A stretch of 64,000 nt of DNA, from NCBI GenBank assembly GCA_963741205.1, contig CAVUHW010000045.1, positions 27,646 to 91,645 on the forward strand, given 5' to 3'. The position numbers and the translations under genes are program-made. Every line of letters begins with the position of its first letter. The first letter of the stretch is position 1. The notes under the pieces are model-generated. The model had not been told where the DNA came from. It did no database searches and worked only from the letters and a program-made list of their open reading frames with translations. This DNA comes from Nitrospirota bacterium. Lineage in GTDB: Bacteria; Nitrospirota; UBA9217. Shown here one piece after another: positions 31,992 to 43,914 of the stretch.

Positions 31992-33306
31992 TTGAAGAAA
32001 ATGAACTTGCTTCTTCAAGAACCGGGCGGTATTCTGGTGAAGCGGATTGTGACGGCTGCGCTGTCGTTTTTTATCTGCTGCACCCTGTTTCCCGCCGTTT
32101 CCGGCGCAGTCGACGTGACGGGGTCATCGAACACCTACCTGCAATCCAGGGAGACCGCCGATAAGAGCAATTTGCTGCCCCTGTACGAGTACCTCGATTT
32201 CTCGGTGCAAAATACCCCCGATGGCGCATTCTCGGCGCATTTCGGAGGGTGGGGCAGGTACGACCTTCAGGAGGAGTCGTTCGGCAAGAGATCCAACTCC
32301 GACCTGCAATACGGTTATCTGAGCTATAAAAGAGCAACCGGCAATTCGGTCGTTAACCTCGGCAGGACCATGGTCTTCGAGGGCGTTGCCGCGGAGAGGG
32401 TAGACGGCATCTATGCGCGGACCGACCTTCTGGCCAACTTCGGCGTGTCGGCCTTCGGCGGGGTCCCCGTGGAGACGGAGACGGATCTGCCCGGCAACAA
32501 CGTCATATACGGCGCGCGATTATCCCACCAAATTCCCGGACTGTACCGGATCGGCGTCTCCGCTTTGAAAGAGGAGAAAAACAGCGAAGACTTCCGTAAG
32601 GAACAGGGAATAGACCTCTGGCTCAGACCCGTGAACAAGGTAGAACTCCTGGGGAAATCGAACTATAATGCCATTACGAAGGAATGGATGGAACATACCT
32701 ACGTCCTCGTACTCGGACCGTTTGCGAATGTGAGGCTCAATACGACGGCGTCCATGATCGATTATAAGTCCTTTTTCACGGGGGCGACATCAGCGGCGTT
32801 CTTTTTCGATCCGGTAGCCATAGACCCCAATGAAAAGGTCACGATCCTGGGGGAAGAGGTTGCTTACGCAGTGAACGATAAACTGAACGTCTCCGTGGAT
32901 TATAAGCAATTCGATTATAAGATCGCCGGTAATGCAAAATACTTCGGCGGGAACATCCGGTACAGCGTCATGAAGTCCGGAGGCGCGGGGCTTTCTGTCC
33001 ACGCAGATGGACGGCGATACGGACCGTCTCAAGTATACGGAGTATCGCGTTTACGGGTTTAAGAAGATCGGCAAGGCCGACATCACTCTTGACGCTCTCG
33101 ATGTGGCGTACAAGGAGGCCATAAACAGCGTGAAGGACGCCTATTCGGTGACCCTGGCCGCCATGTATGAGGTGAGGGAGCGGTTGAATGTGGGCGCGGA
33201 CGTCGAGTACGCGAAGAACCCCGATTTCGACAAGGAAGTCCGTGGCTTCTTTAAACTGAACTACCGGTTCGATCTCGGCTACGGTAAGCAGAAGAAGGGG
33301 GTGTAG
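31992..33306 (+). CDS. Outer-membrane beta-barrel of a porin-cytochrome conduit (ExtB/ExtE-like), frameshift near 33005
   Basis: Signal peptide, alternating amphipathic strands, C-terminal KLNYRF, directly upstream of multiheme cytochromes. Confidence 0.75.
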
Positions 33307-33307
33307 C

Positions 33308-33754
33308 ATGAACAATAAAACAGGAAAAGCGATATTTCTGCTGCTTCTGCCGGTGCTGGCCGCGGCCCTCTTCGCCTGTGCAAAGACGGCGAGTATGGCG
33401 GCTTGGCATCCGGTGGAGGTGACGGCGCCTCCTCAGTGCAGCGACTGCCATAACGACGACCGGGCCGCGATGAACCATACGCCTGATTACAGCACCCGTC
33501 ACAAGTTCTACGCGGCTCAGAACAGCCAAGCCTGCGGCGTCTGCCACAAGGAATCCTTCTGTTCCGACTGCCACGCCCACAAGGAAGAGTTGAAGCCGAG
33601 CGACAAGTACAAAGATTCACCGGAACGGTCGCTGCCACACCGGGGAGACTATCTGAACCAGCATCAGATCGACGGCAGGATAAACCCGGCTTCGTGCTTT
33701 CCCTGTCACGGTCGTCAGAATAATGAGAGGTGCAGAGTATGTCATATAAAATAA
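33308..33754 (+). CDS. Pentaheme c-type cytochrome lipoprotein (ExtC/ExtF-like)
   Basis: LFAC lipobox, CSDCH, CGVCH, CSDCH, CFPCH, CRVCH. Confidence 0.9.
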   Translation: MNNKTGKAIFLLLLPVLAAALFACAKTASMAAWHPVEVTAPPQCSDCHNDDRAAMNHTPDYSTRHKFYAAQNSQACGVCHKESFCSDCHAHKEELKPSDKYKDSPERSLPHRGDYLNQHQIDGRINPASCFPCHGRQNNERCRVCHIK

Positions 33755-34393
33755 AATTGACGGTGGTCGCCGCGCTGCTTCTCGCCGGGGCCGCTTTGCT
33801 CTGGGCTTGCGGCACCCCGAATTCCCAGGCCCCCTTTGATGCCGATGCGCAAAAACATGCGGCAGGATGGGTGCCGCAGGGTCATCGCACCGCAGTGGAA
33901 AATAACGGCGCCCATCTCCTGCAAAGAATGCCACGGCGAGGACCTGAGCGGCGGGATCGTTAAGGTGTCCTGCACGACCTGTCATCTGGGCGGTCCCTTG
34001 TCGATCCATCCCGCAGCGTGGGAGGATGACGCCGATCTCAATCACCGGGATTATGTATTGAACGGCCCCACGATTCTCACGGCCTGCTCCAACGCGGCGT
34101 GCCACGGGGCGGACTTCAAGGGCGTCCCGGGAAGCGGACCTTCCTGCACGAGCTGCCATGCGGAGACATTCTATGATTGCTCCTCATGTCATGCCTTTCC
34201 GCCGAATACCGGAAAACACGTGTTCCACATGCAACAGACCAACTTTGTCTGTACGAATTGTCACGCGCTGGCATGGCAAACACACGACAACGGGACGGTG
34301 AATATCGCCAGCAGCATCACGTACAGCTTCACGGCCAGGTCATGTACTCCGTCTAATACTTCTTCTTGTCACGAGACGCGTTTTTGGCCGTAG
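33739..34393 (+). CDS. Multiheme c-type cytochrome lipoprotein (5 CxxCH plus CX4CH and CX7CH), frameshifted
   Basis: LWAC lipobox, CKECH, CTTCH, CSNAACH, CTSCH, CSSCH, CTNCH, CTPSNTSSCH. Confidence 0.88.
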
Positions 34394-34420
34394 TAAGTTT
34401 CATCCGAATATCAACATCAA

Positions 34421-34458
34421 CAAAAGAGCCGTTTCCTTTTTTTGGAAACGGCTCTTTT
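34421..34458. terminator. Bidirectional intrinsic terminator
   Basis: CAAAAGAGCCGTTTCC-TTTTTTT-GGAAACGGCTCTTTTG between convergent genes. Confidence 0.85.
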
Positions 34459-34507
34459 GCATTATCATCGATTGTACCGGACCGGCAGCGGCGCCTCGCA
34501 TAATTCA

Positions 34508-35412
<905 letters not shown>

Positions 35413-35512
35413 TCAGCCACGATTTCACCGAATCAATGCGAGTTACTGAAAAAGGACCCGATAGACTTCGGCTGTCAATCGTGACAATCGTGCAATTCGT
35501 TGCAATTACAAG

Positions 35513-36858
35513 TTACAAGATATACCTGCTCAGGTCCTCGCTCTTCAGGACATCGGCCAGGCGCTCGCGCACGTAAGCAGCGTTGATGTCGATCTTTGCG
35601 CCTTTTCTCTCGGGTGCGTCGAAGGATATCTCGTCGAGAAGCCGCTCCAGGATCGTGTGCAGTCTGCGCGCGCCGATGTTTTCCGTCCGTTCATTCACCT
35701 GCGCCGCGATGCCGGCGATTTCCTCGATCGAGTCGGAAGAAAAACTCAGTTCGATCTCTTCCGTGGCCAGGAGCGCCACCTGCTGTTTGATGAGCGCGTT
35801 CTGCGGCTCGGTCAAGATACGGATGAACTCCCCCTTGCCCAGGGAATCGAGTTCGACCCGGATCGGGAAGCGGCCCTGCAGCTCCGGGATCAGGTCCGAC
35901 GGCTTGGAGACATGAAACGCGCCGGCAGCGATGAACAGGATATGGTCGGTTTTCACCGGCCCGTACTTGGTCGTGACCGTCGAGCCTTCGACGATGGGGA
36001 GGAGGTCCCGCTGCACGCCCTCGCGCGACACGTCCGGGCCGTGCGTTTCGCGGCCGGCGATCTTGTCGATCTCGTCGAGGAACACGATGCCCGACTGCTC
36101 GACGCGCTTCAAGGCCTCGCGCGTCACCTTGTCCATGTCGATGAGCTTCGAGGCCTCTTCCTGCGACCAGCAGCCGCAGCGCGTCGGGCACTTTCATCTT
36201 GCGCCGCTTTGTTTTTTCCGGAAGCAGTCCTCCGAGCATCTCCTTGAGGTTCATTTCGATCTCTTCCATGCCGACGTTCGAGACGATGCCGAAGGGCATG
36301 ACCTTTTCCCTCGTCTCGAGATCAACGGTCCGGTTGTCGAGCTTTCCTTCCCGCAGTTGCTGCCGGAGCTTTTCACGCGTGGTGGTGTGCTGTTCCTGCT
36401 GCTCCGTGGTCGGGGCCTCGAAGCCAGGCGCGGTCCTGATCGGCGGCAGGAGAAGGTCCAGAAGGCGTTCTTCGGCCATGGCCGCGGCCTTTTCCCGGAC
36501 CTGTTCCGCCATTTCACTTTTCACCATGTTGATGCCGATTTCCGTGAGGTCGCGGATGATGGAGTCGACATCGCGGCCCACGTAGCCCACCTCGGTAAAC
36601 TTGGAGGCTTCGATCTTGAGGAACGGCGCCTGGACGAGCCTCGCGAGTCTCCGGGCGATCTCGGTCTTGCCTACGCCGGTCGGCCCGATCATGATGATAT
36701 TCTTCGGCATGACCTCGTCCCGGAGCTCTTCGGGAAGGCGCTGGCGCCTCCAGCGGTTCCTGAGCGCGATGGCGACGGCCCGCTTGGCGTTATGCTGTCC
36801 GATGATATACTTGTCGAGTTCCTCGACGATCTGCCGCGGTGTAAGGGCGTCTGTTCAA
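35513..36858 (-). CDS. hslU: HslU ATPase, frameshifted
   Basis: [44 protein letters not shown]. Confidence 0.97.
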
Positions 36859-36971
36859 AAAAACCTCCGGTACAATGCGGATTGCAGAATCAGATGCGGA
36901 CAGAAGTCAGAAGAAATGCGATCTTCCTCGTTACATCTGTCATTCTGCATTCCGGCTTCTGACTCCTGCAA

Positions 36972-37514
36972 TTACAGTTCTTCTATCGTGACTTCCTTGT
37001 TGGTGTAGATGCAGATATCGCCGGCTATCTTCATGGCCTCCGCCGCGATGGAATGGGCGTCCAGCGAGGTATGGTCCGTGAGCGCCCTGGCCGCCGCAAG
37101 GGCGTAGGGGCCGCCCGAACCGATTGCCGCGATGCCGTTTTCCGGTTCGATAACGTCGCCGTTTCCCGAGAGGATAAAGGAACGTTCGCTGTCGGCGACG
37201 ATCATGAGCGCCTCGAGCCGGCGCAGCACCTTGTCCGTGCGCCAATCCTTGGCAAGCTCGACCGCCGCGCGCGTAAGGTTGCCGTGGTACTGTTCCAGTT
37301 TGGCCTCGAATTTTTCGAACAGGGTAAAGGCATCGGCCGTGGCTCCGGCAAACCCCGCAAGTATCTTATCGTTGTACATCTTGCGCACTTTTTTGGCGTT
37401 GTGCTTCATCACCGTGGAGCCGACGGTGACCTGCCCGTCTCCGGCGATGGCGGTCTTTCCGTTCCTGCGCACGGCCAGGATCGTCGTTGCGTGCAAGGGG
37501 GTTATCTCACTCAT
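36972..37514 (-). CDS. hslV: HslV protease subunit
   Basis: [34 protein letters not shown]. Confidence 0.98.
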   Translation of the reverse strand: MSEITPLHATTILAVRRNGKTAIAGDGQVTVGSTVMKHNAKKVRKMYNDKILAGFAGATADAFTLFEKFEAKLEQYHGNLTRAAVELAKDWRTDKVLRRLEALMIVADSERSFILSGNGDVIEPENGIAAIGSGGPYALAAARALTDHTSLDAHSIAAEAMKIAGDICIYTNKEVTIEEL

Positions 37515-37659
37515 GGTGCCTCCTAATAAAAAATGACGGACGATAGACGACCGTTCGCTCTGTACCCTGCATTCGCGCAAGCACTCATAACCGCTGGGAC
37601 AGGCTCACTCGGACGATGGACGCAGACATCAAGCTTTCGTTCGTCCGTCATCTCGTCTC

Positions 37660-38554
37660 TCATCCCTCGTCCCTCCGCTTCTTCGCCCTCGGATGCGCCT
37701 TGTCGTAGGTCTCCATGAGCGAATCGAGGTTCACGTGCGTGTACCGCTGGGTCGTCGAGAGGCTGGCATGCCCCAAAAGTTCCTGGATCGCCCGCAGGTC
37801 GGCGCCGGATTCGAGCAGGTGCGTGGCAAAACTATGCCGGAGGGTATGCGGGCTTGCCTTCTGCGCCAGGCCGAGTTTTTTTCTCCGGTTTTCTAAAATA
37901 CGCTGAACCGTCCGGGCTGTCAAGCGATTTCCTGCGCGGCCCGGTAAAGACGGCGGGGTTTTCCGCGCCTTCTTTTTTTTGACCGAGATAGGCGTCGATA
38001 GCGTCGAGCGCGGTTCGTCCGATAGGTACGATCCGCTCTTTCCTGCCCTTGCCCCGGATGCGTACGAGACGGTCATCGTGATTGATGTCATCGCGGTTCA
38101 TGCCGACGAGTTCGCTTGCGCGGATGCCGGTGGAATAGAGCGTCTCCAGCACGGCGCGGTCCCGCCGTTCCGTGTCATCATCAATATCTTTACCGCGGGC
38201 GTTCATGAGGCGCTGGGCATCGTCTGCCGTCAGCACCGCGGGCAGACGTTTTTCGCGGCGGGGCGTGGCCACGAGGCGGGCGGGATTGCCGGTCATGACG
38301 CCCTTGCGGTTCAGGTACTTGAAGAACGAGCGGATCGCCGAGAGCTTCCTCGCAACGGAGGATTTTTTCACCTTGTGTTTCACGAGATGGCCGATGAAGC
38401 TCCGGATCGTCCGGTGGTCTACGCCTGCCATTTCGGTTTCACCGAGGAAATCCGCGAACTGCTCCAGGTCGGACAGATAGCTGCGCTCGGTGTGGGGGGA
38501 CACGTTTCGTTCATCCCTGAGATAGGCTATGAAATCGAAGATATGCTTTCGCAT
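37660..38554 (-). CDS. xerC: Tyrosine recombinase XerC, frameshifted
   Basis: [40 protein letters not shown]. Confidence 0.93.
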
Positions 38555-38632
38555 GGGGATACTTTATCGTAACAGGATGGAATTTGCAAGGAGGTTTCGA
38601 GATGCGGGAAAACTCGATTGCGGAAATTGGAC

Positions 38633-38720
38633 CACCCTCTCACCCCGGCCCCTCTCCCCTGGGGGAGAGGGAAAAAGGGAGAGGGGGCTTTGTCATCGGG
38701 AGAGGATAAAGGTGAGGGGC
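38633..38720. repeat. REP-like CCCTCTCCC/GGGAGAGGG palindrome
   Basis: CCCTCTCACCCCGGCCCTCTCCCCTGGGGGAGAGGG...GGAGAGG..AAGGTGAGGGG. Confidence 0.75.
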
Positions 38721-38813
38721 ATCATATGGCGGATTGCACCCTGCATTCGCGGCGTAGCACTCATAATCGCTGGGCGCAAGCGGGATAAGGACGGAGTGGA
38801 CGGAGAACACGGT

Positions 38814-41117
38814 CTACGGCGCGACTTTCGTCCCTCGTCCCTCGTCCGTCGGCTGTTCCTGCCCCTCCGCCTTCGGCTCTTCCTTGTACCCACATTCCTT
38901 CTTCAGGCAGGCGATGTAGGGACCGGTCTTTTTTGAATACTTCTCGGCGAGGAACGGGGCCTTGCATTGCGGGCAGGCGCGGGGCACGGGTTTGTACCAG
39001 ATGGCGAACTTGCAGGCCGGGTAGTTTGCGCAGGAGTAGAACACCTTGCCGAAGCGGGAGCGCCGCTCCACGATCTTGCCTCCGTCTTCGGGGCAGGTCA
39101 CGCCCGTGGACATGCCCTGGGTGTGATTGCATTCGGGGTAGCGGGAGCAGGCCAGGAACTTTCCGAACCGGCCGCGTTTGACGACCATGCCGGAGCCGCA
39201 TTTGGGGCAGAGCTCGTCCGTGGTCTCTTCGGGCGCGGCTTCCACGGCGCCGTTCTCCGTGCGTATGAAAGGCTTCGTGTTTTTGCAATCGGGATATCCG
39301 CTGCATGCGAGGAACTGGCCGTTCCTGCCCCACTTGATCACCATGGGCTTTCCGCATTTTTCGCAGGCGATATCGGTAGGGGTCTGTTCGGCCTTGAAAT
39401 CCTTCATCTCCGCCTGGGCCTTTTCAAGGCTTTCACTGAACGGCGTGTAAAAATCCCTGACCGCCGCCACCCACTGCATCTGCCCTTCCTCGATCTTGTC
39501 GAGCTCTTCCTCCATTTTTGCGGTGAAGGCAACGTCCATAACGACCGGGAAATGGCTCACGAGCAGATTGCTCACGAGTACGCCGAGTTCGGTGGGCCGA
39601 AATTTGTTTTCGACCTTATTCACGTAGTCCCGCTCCTGGATGGTCGAAATGATGGCGGCATACGTGCTCGGCCTGCCGATGCCTTTTTCCTCGAGCGTCT
39701 TCACGAGCAAGGCTTCTGAAAAACGTGGCGGAGGCTGGGTAAAGTGCTGCTTCGGATCGAGCTTGATGAGCGTGAGCCTCTCTCCTTCGACGAGAGGCGG
39801 CAGGACCGCTTCGTCGTTGTCTTCATCAGCGGCCTGGTCCTCGGGCTTCTCCTCCAGGTAGACCGCCATGAAGCCCGGGAATTTGACGACCGATCCGCTC
39901 GCCCGGAAGGTGTAGTCGCCGGCCTTGATGTCCACCGAGGTCTGGTCAATGACCGCGGGGTTCATCTGGCTTGCGACGAAGCGGTTCCAGATGAGTTTGT
40001 AAAGCTTGTACTGGTCGTTTTCGAGATACTGCTTGATCGCGTCGGGCTCCCGCAGGACCGACGTCGGACGAATCGCCTCGTGCGCTTCCTGGGCGGACTT
40101 GGCGCTGGCATAGACGGGCGGTTTCTCCGGAAGATAGTCTTTCCCGTATTTGCCGGCTATGAATTCGCGCGCCTCGTCCTGCGCCTCCTGGCCCACCCGG
40201 GTGGAGTCGGTCCTCATGTAGGTAATGAGGCCGACGGCGCCCTCATCGCCGACGTCCACGCCTTCGTACAGCGACTGGGCGATGCCCATCGTCCTCTTCG
40301 CGGTAAATCCGAGCTTGCGGCCGGCCTCCTGCTGCAGTTTACTCGTCGTGAAGGGGGGGACGGGGTTGCGCCGGCGTTCTTTCTTGTCTACCTTGGAGAC
40401 GACATAGGTCTTTCCCAGGAGGCCGGCCAGGATCCGCTGCACTTCGTCATTGTTCTTGACCTTGAGCTTTTCCTCGTCCTTACGGAGAAGCTTGGCTTCG
40501 AACTGCGGAGGCAGCTTGCCCTCCAAAAGCGCGGTAAGGGACCAGAACTCCTCGGGGACGAAGGCCTTGATTTCCTCTTCGCGCTCGCATATCAGGCGGA
40601 GCGCGACGGACTGCACGCGGCCTGCCGAAAGTCCCCGGCGCACTTTCTGCCAGAGGATGGGACTGATCTGGTAGCCGACGAGCCGGTCGAGAACGCGCCG
40701 CGCCTGCTGCGCATCAACCTTGTTGATATCGATCTTTCCGGGGTGTTCGATGGCCTTCAAAATGGCTTTTTTGGTGATCTCGTTGAAGAGGACGCGGTAG
40801 ATCTCCTGCGTCTTGGCGCTGCCCGAAATGGTTTCCGCCACATGGAAGGCGATGGCTTCGCCTTCGCGGTCGGGGTCGGTCGCGATCAGGATGCGATCCG
40901 CTTTCTTTGCTGCTGCTTTGAGCTCTTTGACGACCGGGGCCTTGCCCTTGATCTGGATGTAGTGCGGCTCAAAATCCTTTTCGATGTCCACGCCCAGCTT
41001 GCTTTTCGGCAGGTCCATGATATGCCCAACCGAGGCCTTGACGGTGTAATTTTTGCCGAGGTATTTGGCGATGGTCTTCGCCTTTGCGGGCGATTCTACT
41101 ATGACGAGTGATTTCAT
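38814..41117 (-). CDS. topA: DNA topoisomerase I
   Basis: LVIVESPAKAKTI, ATDPDREGE, LITYMRTDS, C-terminal zinc ribbons. Confidence 0.99.
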   Translation of the reverse strand: MKSLVIVESPAKAKTIAKYLGKNYTVKASVGHIMDLPKSKLGVDIEKDFEPHYIQIKGKAPVVKELKAAAKKADRILIATDPDREGEAIAFHVAETISGSAKTQEIYRVLFNEITKKAILKAIEHPGKIDINKVDAQQARRVLDRLVGYQISPILWQKVRRGLSAGRVQSVALRLICEREEEIKAFVPEEFWSLTALLEGKLPPQFEAKLLRKDEEKLKVKNNDEVQRILAGLLGKTYVVSKVDKKERRRNPVPPFTTSKLQQEAGRKLGFTAKRTMGIAQSLYEGVDVGDEGAVGLITYMRTDSTRVGQEAQDEAREFIAGKYGKDYLPEKPPVYASAKSAQEAHEAIRPTSVLREPDAIKQYLENDQYKLYKLIWNRFVASQMNPAVIDQTSVDIKAGDYTFRASGSVVKFPGFMAVYLEEKPEDQAADEDNDEAVLPPLVEGERLTLIKLDPKQHFTQPPPRFSEALLVKTLEEKGIGRPSTYAAIISTIQERDYVNKVENKFRPTELGVLVSNLLVSHFPVVMDVAFTAKMEEELDKIEEGQMQWVAAVRDFYTPFSESLEKAQAEMKDFKAEQTPTDIACEKCGKPMVIKWGRNGQFLACSGYPDCKNTKPFIRTENGAVEAAPEETTDELCPKCGSGMVVKRGRFGKFLACSRYPECNHTQGMSTGVTCPEDGGKIVERRSRFGKVFYSCANYPACKFAIWYKPVPRACPQCKAPFLAEKYSKKTGPYIACLKKECGYKEEPKAEGQEQPTDEGRGTKVAP

Positions 41118-41238
41118 GAGATTCTACTTGTTGTTGCGCGTGGCAGAGTCGCTGAGTTGCGTGAGTAAAACCCGCAACTCGATGAACACGGAACGTTCTC
41201 CTCTCGTGTTCTCCGCTAATTCGCGCTGAATGATATTC

Positions 41239-41712
41239 TTAATTCCAGGAAGTCTTCCTGATGCGCCTGCCGACTGCAGGGACGTTGAAGTCCTGCTCAT
41301 GGGGGTGGACGAACAGCGTCAAGGCAACGAGGGTCTTGATATGATCAAGCTCGATCCGCTCGGTGTAGACGTTCAGTGCGCTTTCCAGAAGTTCTTCCCG
41401 CTGGTCCTCCCCGATAATGCCGAGGTTCGTCAGCTTGGCAACAAAGCCGAAGGCATCGACGGTGAACCGCTCGCGTTCTTCCCGGTTCATGGTCCTCATC
41501 CGCGGGGAGGAGGTTCGGACGGTCGTAAAAAAATCCTCCGACTGTCTCTGGACCAATGTCTGTACGAGGGTCAGCGCCGCGTCGGCCTCGTACAAACGGC
41601 AACCGTTGTTTAAAAGGGCCTGCATGATCTTGCCCTCTTCGTCAAAGAGCTCCTGCTTTTTTCTAACCTGGTCCGCGATGAGCGAGAACAGGGTCATCAT
41701 CCGTTCGTCCAC
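41239..41712 (-). CDS. smg: Smg/DUF494-family protein
   Basis: Position between dprA and topA, R....EE..R motif. Confidence 0.7.
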   Translation of the reverse strand: MDERMMTLFSLIADQVRKKQELFDEEGKIMQALLNNGCRLYEADAALTLVQTLVQRQSEDFFTTVRTSSPRMRTMNREERERFTVDAFGFVAKLTNLGIIGEDQREELLESALNVYTERIELDHIKTLVALTLFVHPHEQDFNVPAVGRRIRKTSWN

Positions 41713-41783
41713 TCTCTTCTCCTTGGAAACTATACCACATATCGCGGCAACTGGCCGCTATTGCAAATTGGAAATTTCAAATT

Positions 41784-42265
41784 TCAAAATTCAATCCTCA
41801 CAAAATACTTCCCCGGAAGCTGTTTTGCAAGCCCTTTCAGCTCCAGGGTAATCAACGCCCCGCTCAGGGCGCCGGCGGCGATGCGGCTATCGTGCATGAG
41901 CGCGTCGATGTGCTTTGGGTCAACCGAAAGACGCTGCAGCACGGCTGTTTCGTCCGGTGAGAGCTGCGGCAGGGGCCGCGCCGTCGTCTCCCGCGGTGCG
42001 ACGCGGCCTTTCACACCGAGGCCGGTCAGGATGTCTTCCAGCCCCTCGACCAGGGTCGCGCCCTGCTTGATGAGGCCGTGCGCCCCCCGGCTGACCGGAC
42101 CCTGCGCGCCAGCCCCTCAACATCCCGCAGCTCACCGGGCGATGCGGCGAGCGCGCGCTCGGCCGAACCGAAATGCGTTACGAGCTTCCTGAACGTCACC
42201 CTTCCCACTCCCGGGATGCTGCTCAGTCCGATCCAGGAGAAGATGTGGTCCGTTTTGTTTTGCAT
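41784..42265 (-). pseudogene. dprA: DprA with the central Rossmann domain deleted
   Basis: SAM-like LSSIPGVG...FGS N-terminus joined near 42095 to GLIKQGATLV..EDIL and wHTH LITLELKGL..QLPG. About 160 codons. Confidence 0.85.
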
Positions 42266-42451
42266 GAGGTCGTCCGCCGCGCATGCCGCTGTTCTTCGTT
42301 CAAGGTGTGAAATTATACAGCGTCGAAGGATATAGTCAAGTTTTTTTTGCAGACGCGGGGGAAATGTGCTATTTTATCCTCACGATTTGGGCATGACTGT
42401 TCGATTGTAGCGTAACGTCTCTGATACTTCTTTAGCATCTATCTCTTGGGT

Positions 42452-42531
42452 GTCATTCCCGCGAAAGCGGGAATCCATTGGAAAATGGATCCCCGGATCA
42501 AGTCCGGGGCAGGCTTGCAAGCCCGGAATGA
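42452..42531. repeat. REP-like GTCATTCCCGCGAAAGCGGGAATCC compound palindrome
   Basis: Close copy of 31464-31551. Confidence 0.85.
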
Positions 42532-42552
42532 CGCCAAAAAAGGCATCTTCTT

Positions 42553-43155
42553 ATGCGGATCATGATAAAGTCGGTCATCTTTGATTTCGGCGGCGTCCTT
42601 GCCGAGGAAGGTTTTCGGGAAGGCCTGTTCGCGATCGCTCAAAAAAACGGACTCTCCCCCGATTCTTTTTTTACCGCTTGCGATGCGCTCATCGATGAGA
42701 CAGGCTACCTGACCGGGATGACCGATGAGGCTTCTTACTGGAATGCGGTGAGGACAAGGACCGGAATACGCGGAGACGACAGCTCCCTTCGCCGGGAGAT
42801 CCTCGACCGCTTCGTTCTCCGTCCGGAAATGCTTGCTGAGGTGGATTCTCTCCGGGCCGCAGGCGTCTTTGTCGCGATGCTGAGCGACCAGACCAACTGG
42901 CTTGATGAACTCGACCGCGAGACTGCGCTGTTATCGCGGTTCGACCGCGTGTTCAATTCCTACCGCATGCATAAGAGCAAACGGGATGCGTCGGTGTTCA
43001 AGGAGGTTTGCGCGGAACTCGGCGCGGCGCCCGGGGAAACGCTCTTTATCGACGACAATATCAATCATATCAAGCGGGCGCGGAGCCAGGGGCTGCAGAC
43101 GATCCATTTCGCGGGTATCGATGATTTCAAAAAACAATTGAGGAGCTATCTTTGA
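42553..43155 (+). CDS. HAD-family phosphatase
   Basis: IFDFGGVL, LSD, SK, LFIDD...I. Confidence 0.92.
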   Translation: MRIMIKSVIFDFGGVLAEEGFREGLFAIAQKNGLSPDSFFTACDALIDETGYLTGMTDEASYWNAVRTRTGIRGDDSSLRREILDRFVLRPEMLAEVDSLRAAGVFVAMLSDQTNWLDELDRETALLSRFDRVFNSYRMHKSKRDASVFKEVCAELGAAPGETLFIDDNINHIKRARSQGLQTIHFAGIDDFKKQLRSYL

Positions 43156-43733
43156 AAGTGTTGGCGTTCAACGGCAGCCCGAGGCGCGGAGGGAACACGG
43201 AACTCCTGTTGTCGGAGGCGGTGAGGGGTGTGAAGGAGCAGGGCGGCTTGGTGACGACGTACAATCTCAGCGCCCTGAACCTCAAGGCGTGCATGAATTG
43301 CGGCCACTGCGACAGCGCGGGACGCTGTATTATCAAGGACGATATGCAGTCCATTCACGACGAAATCAGGACCGCGGACAGGATCATCGTGGCCTCCCCG
43401 ATCTTCTTCTTCAGCGTAAGCGCCCAGACCAAGATCATGATAGACCGGTGCCAGGCTTTCTGGGCGGAAAAATATGTGCACAAGAACCCGATCAAGCCCG
43501 GGGAATACGGCCGCAAGGGCCTGCTGCTTCTGGTCGGCGGGATGAAGAGAAATGAAAAAAATGTAGGGTTTGAATGTTCCGAGGCGACGGTGCGGGCGTT
43601 CTTCAGGACCATCAATGTCCAGGAGCATGTAACGCTCGCGTATGACCGGGTCGATGAGAAGGGCGCGATAATCAGGCATGCGACGGCGCTCTCCGAGGCG
43701 TATGAGGCGGGGAAGCGGCTTGCGGCCGTATAA
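43152..43733 (+). CDS. Flavodoxin-like iron-sulfur flavoprotein / FMN reductase
   Basis: NGSPRRGGNT, CMNCGHC.....C, ASPIFF, K..IDR. Confidence 0.92.
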   Translation: MKVLAFNGSPRRGGNTELLLSEAVRGVKEQGGLVTTYNLSALNLKACMNCGHCDSAGRCIIKDDMQSIHDEIRTADRIIVASPIFFFSVSAQTKIMIDRCQAFWAEKYVHKNPIKPGEYGRKGLLLLVGGMKRNEKNVGFECSEATVRAFFRTINVQEHVTLAYDRVDEKGAIIRHATALSEAYEAGKRLAAV

Positions 43734-43914
43734 CATCGGTCTACCCGTCTTCCCTGAGAATGACGGGAAAAATGGTTAGTTTTGGTTTGAAAATCCTGTC
43801 AAGAGTAGTACAATATAGGTACTTGGCACTGACTCTCCCGGGTGTTGTTCTCCGGTAATCATCTTGATGACCGGTCGATAACAGCCGAGGATAAACCGAA
43901 AAGGTCGAACGGCG

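Noticed and set aside
37660-38554. Phage or island integrase
   Set aside because: The topA-xerC-hslVU context and motifs indicate housekeeping XerC.
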